DNA of 58,507 nucleotides, counting the filler, from Sphacelaria rigidula (lineage: Eukaryota), in the NCBI GenBank assembly GCA_964200075.2. It is 5 parts of 5 records of this genome, joined end to end, with 100 filler letters (N's around TTAATTAATTAA, not from the genome) between each part and the next. Parts side by side here need not be neighbours in the genome. Positions count along the whole stretch, not along the records: positions 46,888 to 58,507 come from CAXNAA020004694.1; 4 more parts are not named here. One strand, written 5' to 3'. Positions within the stretch are counted from its first letter, which is position 1. The number at the start of each line of letters is the position of its first letter. This document shows, in pieces, positions 50,701 through 58,507 of the stretch. Made by a program: the position numbers and the translations under genes. The notes under the pieces were generated by a model. It made no database searches, had not been told where the DNA came from, and saw only the letters and a program-made list of their open reading frames with translations.

Positions 50701-53700
50701 ACGCGAGCACCAACTCCAATCTCGAGATATCTGAATACCTCTGGCAGCTAAGTTGCTTGGCTGCATAGCACTCTTCCCCCTAAAAGGTACTTGGAATTCA
50801 CGAAGATCGATCGATCGCCCAGTTTTGGTAGTGCTCCCAAACATTTTCGGTGAGCCAAGATTTGACGCAGAGATGAGGGCGGGGTGGGTCGAGGGGGTGG
50901 GGGGGGTGGGGGGGCGTACTCTAAGCACAAGCCATTGAGGTGTCGGACGTTGTCAGACTTTTGAATATAAAAGTCGGCCCACCTCTTGAAAGCATGTTTC
51001 TGGAGCTGGAGCAAAGATTCGCACTGTTTTCGACATTTTAGTACGAATTGGCCGTGAGTCAGAAAAGTCCAACTGATGCGGTGACTGAAATCCGCCCGTG
51101 AGGGTGCTGAGTTTCGGACTTCCTGGAGGTTGCACCGCACCCTAGAGGAGGTGTGTGCAGGAAAAGATCGACTCACCTTACTCGCTGCTTGTGTGCGTCG
51201 GAACAGTCCTCCTGCAGCTAATAAACGGCTTGCGGAGGCCTTATACTGCTTGAATAGTGGTGTTTGGACACATTGTGTATTGCGGGGGGGGGGAGGGGGA
51301 GGGCTCCACCGAAACTGCAAGACCCGCCATCCCTCGTGAGTGTGAGATTTGTTCGGGGGGGGGGGGTATCTCCAGGGATACACACGTTACACACGTGACA
51401 CATTTGAAATATACGGAAAAACGTTACTCTGGGCCAAATAATACTACTCAGGGCTTGATTTTTTGGACGGGATAAACGTAACGGAACGTAATGTGACGTG
51501 TTAACCTTGAAGCAGTGTCTCTTGGGATTTTTCAGACGTGAAAAAAGGCTGCTCGTGTGATTTTTTTGTGTGACACGCGACACGTGACATAATCACGAAA
51601 ATAAGCAGAGTTTTCGTCACATTTGGAAAGTAAAACGTTATGTTAGGGCTCATGCGAAGGGCCACACGTTATATCACGTTACGTTACATTTGTCTCATCC
51701 AAAATATCAAACCTCACGTAGCGTTAAATGACCCAGAGTTGCGTTTTTTCGAATATGTCACGTAAAAACGTCACGTTTAACGTGTATATCCCTGGATATT
51801 TCATGCAAAAAACTTTCTGAACAAAATGAAGAGAAAAATGTGAAACCAACTCTAGATATTGCCATAACGCTCCAAAGGTTTCCCAGAGCCTGGTACAGTC
51901 ACGCGGTGTTGAAATAGATACACCTCGGCCAAACGTGAATGCTGCTACATGTTTTTTTCACCAGGTCATACGCTGCACAACAAGCACCACATTCCTAGGA
52001 AGTACACTCTACCACTTAAGTTCAGACACGAGCTCCCCTCGTCCATTCAGTTGTTCGTCGACCTTTTACGTGCAGATTTCCCCATGCGACCGCAAATGGG
52101 ATATTAATTTGCCTGCATGCACTTCAAACACTACACTATCCCGCGCACTCCTGTGGTGCTCAAAGGTTGAGTCTACAACAAGGCTCGTGGGGGTACCATT
52201 AGCACCTCCTGCCTGTGATCATTAACGCATATCATCGACAAATGTGCGCTTGCTCGTGTGCCGCTCTATTTGTAGTTGGGTCTTCAGGTGCAAGTTGCAC
52301 GCGAAGTTCAGGGAATGAAAGGGCTGATGCAGCGCCAGCCACACTCTTCAGAGGTAGGCCGTCGAGTTGTCCTCGCTGTTCCATCGGCAATGCAGGTTTT
52401 GGACGTGGATTTTAGAATCCCGCAATGGTTTCGTGTGGCGTTTGTATATGTATCGGTCGCTCTCGGTCTTGGAGTAAAAACGCCGCGCTCTCCTCTTTAT
52501 GTCGTACTTGAAATCTGCGCTAAACCTTCAGTTGTATGTCTGAGACTACAGAAACAGAATCGCCACACAAGCTGCAAGCATTGGCGATCCAATTTCGAGA
52601 TAATCTTGCTCGTGGGTGCTATTTCCTTGCATCTATCTGCAGGCGTACTCGGATAAGCTTCGCGTCCCATTTCACACAGTGCCAGCGAAACTGCTCGACA
52701 GACGTTGACATCAGCAGTCGTATCGCGTGTCGTTCGTGGGCAAAATCAATAATGCCATGTGCTGCAGGCATCAGCATCAGAGACGTTCGCAGAGTCGCTG
52801 CATCGGCGTCGTCAGCGGCGACTGGACGAGCTCGAAATTCCGAAAAAACAGGTAACCCTCACCAACGAAGTGCTCGGGGAGGGTGGATTCGGCAAGGTCT
52901 ATCTCGCCGACTACGGCGCACGGAACGTGGCGGCGAAGGTGATGATAACCAACGGCTCTGACTCTGCCGGGAGCACAGTTCGTCTCGACGACGACTGCAG
53001 AACGGACGGCGGCGCCGACGACGACGACCAGCAACGCAAGGCCACGATGCGAGAGTTGCAGGCAATGGTTCGCTTGCGCAGTCCTTACACTGTACATGTG
53101 TACGGGGCGATAACCTCGGACAAGGAACGCTTTATCATCGTCATGGAACTCCTCGCGGGCGGGGACCTGCGGGCATTTTTGAAGCGCCAAGCGGATCCCG
53201 TGCCGCACGACTGCGCCCGGAGGATTGTTGGGGATGTGTGTGCCGGAATGGAGTTCTTGCACAGCCGAGAAACTGTTCATGGAGACCTCAAATCCGCCAA
53301 CGTACTGCTCGATGGGCTGGGCAGAGCAAAAGTGAGCCTAGATGTGTGCGTTGTTGACATGCAAAATCACTGTGGCTATCATGGCGGGCAGGTGATTCAG
53401 ATACACCCCACGTGGTGATTGCTGTGTGTGTGTGTTTTTTTTCTTCTTTCTTTTTTCTTCTGCGGTATACAGCCGCACCAAGTGTAAGAATGGGAAGGAG
53501 TTATGTGGCTCGCAAAATCGTACAGTAGGGCACCGGCCGCTTTGCAGTTCCTCACGATCCCAACTGACATCACTGGACAACGCTGATGTGCACTCGTGTC
53601 CAGATTGGTGACTTCGGCACCTCGAGATGGACGATTCGTACTACATCCACAGCACTCGCCACCTACACAACCCAGAGGAACGGCAACAACCACATGAGCA

Positions 53701-56065
53701 TTCCATGGGCAGCTCCAGAGGTATGGCCGGCCGTGACGTATCCGTAATTGCATGACATTGTAGTACCGCATTGAGGCTGGTGTACTATGCACTTTACCGC
53801 GCATTCCTGTACACATTTGATGTCGAAAACGGTGAGGGATGACGTTGTCCGAAGGCAAGGCAGTTGGTGGCGACATAAAAATCACGGAGTCTACCAATCA
53901 AGTGCCGAACTCTAAAGCGATTGGGTCTGGCTAGCATTCAGCTAGTCATTCCATGGTGTATCGAGCACTCTTCATAGTGAAGTCGAATTGTTTCATTTTG
54001 GATACGTTTGCCCTGTGACTATGGCACGGCTGGATCCCTCGGAGATGAATTTACGTGTATTGTGCCGATCGAACAGTCAATCAATGAACCACTCTGGCAG
54101 GTCGAGTAGGGCGTGCTCAATCGCGAGGTAGTTTGGAAGTCGTACTTCAAGTACACACATTGGGGTAGGGTGTTAGTGCTCGCTTCCCAGTAATTTTTGG
54201 GGCACGACTCCTAACACCCTACTCCCAATTTGCGTACTTGAAGTACGACTTCCAAAATACCCCGCAATTGAGTATATTCAACTCAACCTGCCCTTGCAAT
54301 CAATCAACCAATGAAGTAAGGTTACTCTTGTAGCCCGAGTGAATGGTGCTACACTAATCGCGCCCGTGCAGTCTACGTTTCTTCTCGGGCTAGCTCATAG
54401 TTCAGATGATACTGCGGTGAACACGAGAGTACAGTCTATGCTACCACTTCTCCCAACAAGGGAAGTAGGAGCAAAACATATATTCAGGGGTCCTCGCGGT
54501 AGGTTAGGTACACCCCTCTGGCTATGGACACCCACTTTTGTGGTCTCCATTTGGGGTCTCGGCTCGTGCGACCGCCATTGATCTCGTCGATGAATCGTTT
54601 AACCCTTTCGGGTCCCACCCGTCCGTTTCGGCACCCCATGAGTGTAGTACGATAGTTTGACTTGCCTTCTCCCTACTTTTTCGGTGGCGCAACGCCCATA
54701 ACATCAGCAGAGGGCGGAGCGATCGAGCGACCGCCGACCAAAAACGAGCTGTTTTCATTTCGCTCATGTGTAGGAAAATCCGTTCTGTGGGGAAGACTTG
54801 CCCGTACACTGAAATAAACAAAATCCAGAGAGAGGGGTAAGCCAGACACGGACGTAGTGCTCGGGCCTACATGCGCAAACGACTCTGCTGTGCGACGCTA
54901 TGCTGCGCTGCGGTGTACGACCACTGTACTGTACTATGTGTTGTGTGTATTGTCGTCCCATCTATTCTGGACGCCAGTTTTCACCTTTCGGTACATGTGG
55001 GCGCACCAGCCGGGATCACACAGGAGGAGAGTCAGCACAGTTTTGTGTTTTGTTTTCAGTACTCCACCTTCCTTCTGCGGTGCTTGCCTTTGTTTTTTTT
55101 TCGCTGGTGGGGTCCAGCAGTCTCCTTCCCTCGTCAACCGTTGAGTTGTTAGGTATACATCATATCCACTGAGCTAACAGTCAGCGCTGAGTCGAATTTT
55201 GTGTACCCATGACATAGTCGCTCTCCATTCTTGGGCATGGTGTGGGAAAAGGATCCCAGATCGCTCCGAGAATTGAACCCACGACCGAACCGACAGAAGG
55301 TTTCGAAGTTACCGACTGAGCCACCGGGGCGCGACCGGTGTGACCGCTGTACTGCTGTGAATTTAACTGTGGCCAGTGAGGTACGCATGTATGGGCTGCT
55401 CTCTTTTGCGGCTCCTTCCAAGTTCACAACGAACGTTCGTGGCTGATTTTTAGTCAGGTACGTCATTCTCTACACTAGTAACCAAAGAGAGAAACACGCT
55501 TATTTTGGTTGTCCGTGAGGCTGGTGCCGCGGAGGATTAATCCATTTACCGGGTAGCTAATCGTATCCTTTCGCCGTGTCATTCTCAGCACAGGTTTCCA
55601 CGATGTTCTGCTTTTCAATCACAGCCCTTCCTCGGGACGCGTCCGTGGTCTCAGGGGATCAACCCTTTTCCCCCTCGGGCGCGCGACTTACTGTACATTT
55701 CGTTATCGTGGGTTGAATTATAATAGCACTGTTATGCCGCATCTCGTCAACTCCCGTCGGACAAACTTTGTCATCTGCTAATCAAGTCCTAACGGCTTCA
55801 AAGACGGAAACGACGCACTTCTCAGCAAAAATATATAGAATAACAGTGTATATGTCGGTATCAACGCCATCGAATAGAGTGCGTGATGCCATCGGAACGT
55901 GCCATGGCTCCGGGTGAATCGGTACCGTCTGTGGCTTTAGGCGCCAGACACAACATCTACGATTGGCCTGGCAGTCCAAGGGGGATGGGGTTAAAGTCAC
56001 GGCGTACTGCAGTACACTTGCAGTGTGCTGGAAGTGGCCGACGGAGCTTCATTTTTCGTCGTGTT

Positions 56066-56105
<40 letters not shown>

Positions 56106-57493
56106 TGTCGTCCCGTCCATTCTGGATTCTGGATGGCAGTCTACACCTTTCGGTAAATGTGGGCGCATCCGCTGGGGTCACACGGGAGGAAGGTCAACAC
56201 ATGAGATACACTGTTTTTTCATTTCGTTTCAGTATTCCATCTTCCCTCCGTGGTGCTTGCGTTTCTTTTGTCGTCGCGATAAGAGCTCGGCGGCTCCTTC
56301 CCCTCGTCGATCGTAAAGTGGAACGTCGTGTAGTGTCTGCACGACATGGTCGCTCTCCGCTGTTGGTCATGACGTGAGAGAGAATCCCAAATTGTGTAAA
56401 TGCACCTTGATCCAAACCCGCATCCCAACCGTCAGGAGGTGTCGAGGTAACCAACTGAGCCATCGGGACGACCATCGTATGTGTATATGTATATATGTTG
56501 TGGCGGGAATCAAAACTGAATCCTTAGCTGTAAATGTGTCACCCAATCTATTCTGGACGCCAGTCGACACCTTTCGGGAAATGTGGGCGCATCAGCCGGG
56601 GTCACACAGGAAGAAGGTCAACACAGGAGTTTTTCTATGTAAATGTTATAGTACTCCATCCCTTTTGCGGTGCTTGCCTTGATCTTTATCGCGAGAGGAG
56701 TGCGGCTATCCCTTTCCCTCGTCGACCGTGAAGTCGAGCTTTGTGCACCCACGACATAGTCGATTTGCACTGTTGGGCATGATATCAGAGAAAATCTCCG
56801 ATCGTGTGACTTTGCAATGCTTGGGAGGACCGCGTGCTTTTTTGGACTGCCTCGGAGTTTGAACACCCCGTCAGTGTTACGGTTACGGTTAGGGGCACGG
56901 TCAGGGTCGCGGTCCCTGTAGAGACTTGCCCGAGCGGTCTTGAGAAATGTTGATCCTGGGATGTTCGAATTCCGATGCGGTCCAAAAAGCACAGTCCTTC
57001 CACGCATTACAACCTCACCGAGATTTGAACTCTCGTCCCAACCGTCAGAACGCGCCGAGGGTACCGTCTCAGCCACCGGGGTGACCGGCGATCATTTTCG
57101 TGACGAACCGTGGGGTGTTGGGCAACTAACGGCGACCGGAGAGCTTCGATCTCGTGTCTTTACGCACGGTACACCAACCTAATCTGTATTGCGTCCACTA
57201 TCTACCAGGTTCTTGACTTGGGCTCCAGGGCCAGCACGTACGCGAGTGACGTATATAGCTTCGGCATGGTGGCTTGGGAGGTGCTAGCCAGACAAGTCCC
57301 TTGGTCGGGAGAAACAAGCGTTCAAGACATAGTGATGCGTGTGCTCAGAGGCGAACGTCCCGCCATCCCTCGTGATGGTGCTGCTGATATCATAGAGGCG
57401 ATAACAGCGAGCTGGGTCGGTGCCCCCGAGAAGCGTCCCCAATTCAGCGAGATGCTGAAGTCCGTGAGGATTCACGGCTGGGACGACAAGTGA
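47797..57493 (+). CDS. Single-pass receptor-like kinase: beta-propeller-like repeats, PST stalk, TM, MLKL-like helical bundle, TKL-type kinase (5' end missing; 803 aa recovered)
   Basis: All-phase-0 GT-AG exons: 47797-47964, 48121-48288, 48719-49558, 49907-50098, 52276-52353, 52768-53331, 53604-53720, 57209-57493 (TGA). TM FIVIALATAVTALVLLVLAA (49202-49261) is followed by the basic stretch CTRRTLRCKR. Kinase motifs are GEGGFGKV, VAAK, RE, HGDLKSANVLL, IGDFG, WAAPE and SDVYSFG. Confidence 0.9.
50890..51305 (-). mobile_element. Short retroposon-like insertion bounded by G/C tracts, ending GAGTACG-poly(C)
   Basis: About 370 bp lies between two G-runs. The minus-strand end CTTAGAGTACGCCCCCC shares the LINE terminal motif. 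Confidence 0.45.
51371..51796. mobile_element. MITE with long imperfect TIRs in kinase intron
   Basis: TCCAGGGATACACACGTT... is the inverse of ...AACGTGTATATCCCTGGA. The internal arms (ACTCTGGG/CCCAGAGT, TTTTGGA/TCCAAAA, GTAACG/CGTTAC) also pair. Confidence 0.75.
54096..54291. repeat. Long hairpin (~90-bp arms) in kinase intron
   Basis: TTTGGAAGTCGTACTTCAAGTAC...TAGGGTGTTAG pairs with CTAACACCCTA...GTACTTGAAGTACGACTTCCAAA. Confidence 0.85.
54935..57090 (-). mobile_element. Cluster of three tRNA-derived SINE copies (~54935-55340, ~56080-56475, ~56530-57090)
   Basis: Inverted copies of the 44375-44745 family, with (TG)n tails and GAGCCACCGGGG-like heads. Confidence 0.75.
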
Positions 57494-57731
57494 CTATCGA
57501 CTAGATGGGTGGAGGTTGCAGGCAGGTTTGACTACAAGCAGTGCAATAAAGGTTACGGATGCAGTGGCGCGGCCGTCAAGAGAGTAATTTGTGGCAGAAC
57601 TGACGGGAAACGTGGCCGAGCATTGAGCTGGAACACACACTTTATCCCGATATACCGCACACGCATATCTGTTGTTGGAGCACTTTACACTTTGTACGCC
57701 ACTTACTTACGTAAAACGATCTGGAAAGTTC

Positions 57732-57846
57732 GTTAGGGTTTGACTCGGGTGCCTCGAAGATGTGCGGATCGAACCAAGATACGTCACCCGCTTTCGTATT
57801 CTAAGTCGACACGCACATCTTCGAGGCACCCGAGTCGATCCCTAAC
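57732..57846. repeat. 115-nt hairpin downstream of the kinase stop codon
   Basis: GTTAGGGTTTGACTCGGGTGCCTCGAAGATGTGCG pairs with CGCACATCTTCGAGGCACCCGAGTCGATCCCTAAC. Confidence 0.85.
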
Positions 57847-58507
57847 CTACTCGTCCGGTCGGTGGTTCACCCGTTGACCTTTGGAGAAGTTGCAGTACCA
57901 TGAGGAGGTACCATAGCCCTTATTTCCGTCACTACACCACAGCCATTGCTTGACATCGTGGAGTTATTTTTCTTTACGTCAACCGGAGAGCACGGTAAGG
58001 TCAGGGTTAGGGCTTGTGCAAGCGGTTGCATCAGTTGCTGCAGGAGTGATCCAACGCTCATAGCTAACTCGTGAAGTGGGCTAATCCTTCGCTACACCTC
58101 TCCTTCCGTTATAAGGGTTGCGGGGTGGTCTGCAGGTCAACTCTGAAGCTCGGCTGCCTAACCGGGTTTTTCACTCACTATCCAAGCAAAGCGTACCGGG
58201 TGTCGACTGCTGAGGTATGAAGGAGCAATGCCACAGTGGGGATACACTTTCTTTTTAATCTGAGACTGATCGCTATAGGAGCCTCTCGAAGACAAATATC
58301 CGGGCTTTAGAGTGCAACCTCAGGAAACGCTTACATTGAAAAGTGCACCCCTGCCGTGGCATTGGTCGAACGTGCCTGAAAAAGTAGAAGTATAGCAAAT
58401 ATGGGGCGGGGGGGGGGGGGGGGGGGGGGGGGGGGATTTTGGGGCGCGTGTGGGTCACCACTTAACTGTTAAGTTGATTAGCCTCGAGGGGGGGGGGGGG
58501 CGAGATT

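Noticed and set aside
30575-57493. Apparent cluster of transposase, Ku70 and receptor kinase as one system
   Set aside because: They lie on different contigs joined by artificial spacers.

Overview
Eukaryotic, intron-rich, repeat-rich DNA, most consistent with a brown alga (Phaeophyceae). That assignment is inferred from the gene and transposon families, not proven. The window is not one locus. It is five near-equal contigs (11622, 11622, 11622, 11621 and 11620 bp) joined by artificial 100-nt spacers (44N-TTAATTAATTAA-44N), so adjacency across spacers means nothing. Contig 1 holds a LINE remnant, an intronless phaeovirus-type ankyrin-repeat gene and the 3' end of a Ty3/Gypsy element. Contig 2 holds nine spliced exons of a kinesin-3-like motor (minus strand) and the start of a divergent gene with RRxSRRGS repeats. 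Contig 3 is nearly all transposons: a gag-like remnant, a decayed Gypsy pol, an ITm/Sailor-like DDE transposase with DD123E spacing, SINEs and a 1.3-kb chromodomain mini-LTR element. Contig 4 holds eleven exons of Ku70. Contig 5 has the most interesting feature, an 8-exon single-pass receptor kinase. It has exon-modular beta-propeller-like ectodomain repeats, a Pro/Ser/Thr stalk, a TM helix, an MLKL-like four-helix bundle/brace and an apparently active non-RD kinase. This is a candidate receptor-MLKL fusion for immunity or cell death. Also notable: several retroelement families end in GAGTAC(R)-poly(C) instead of poly(A).
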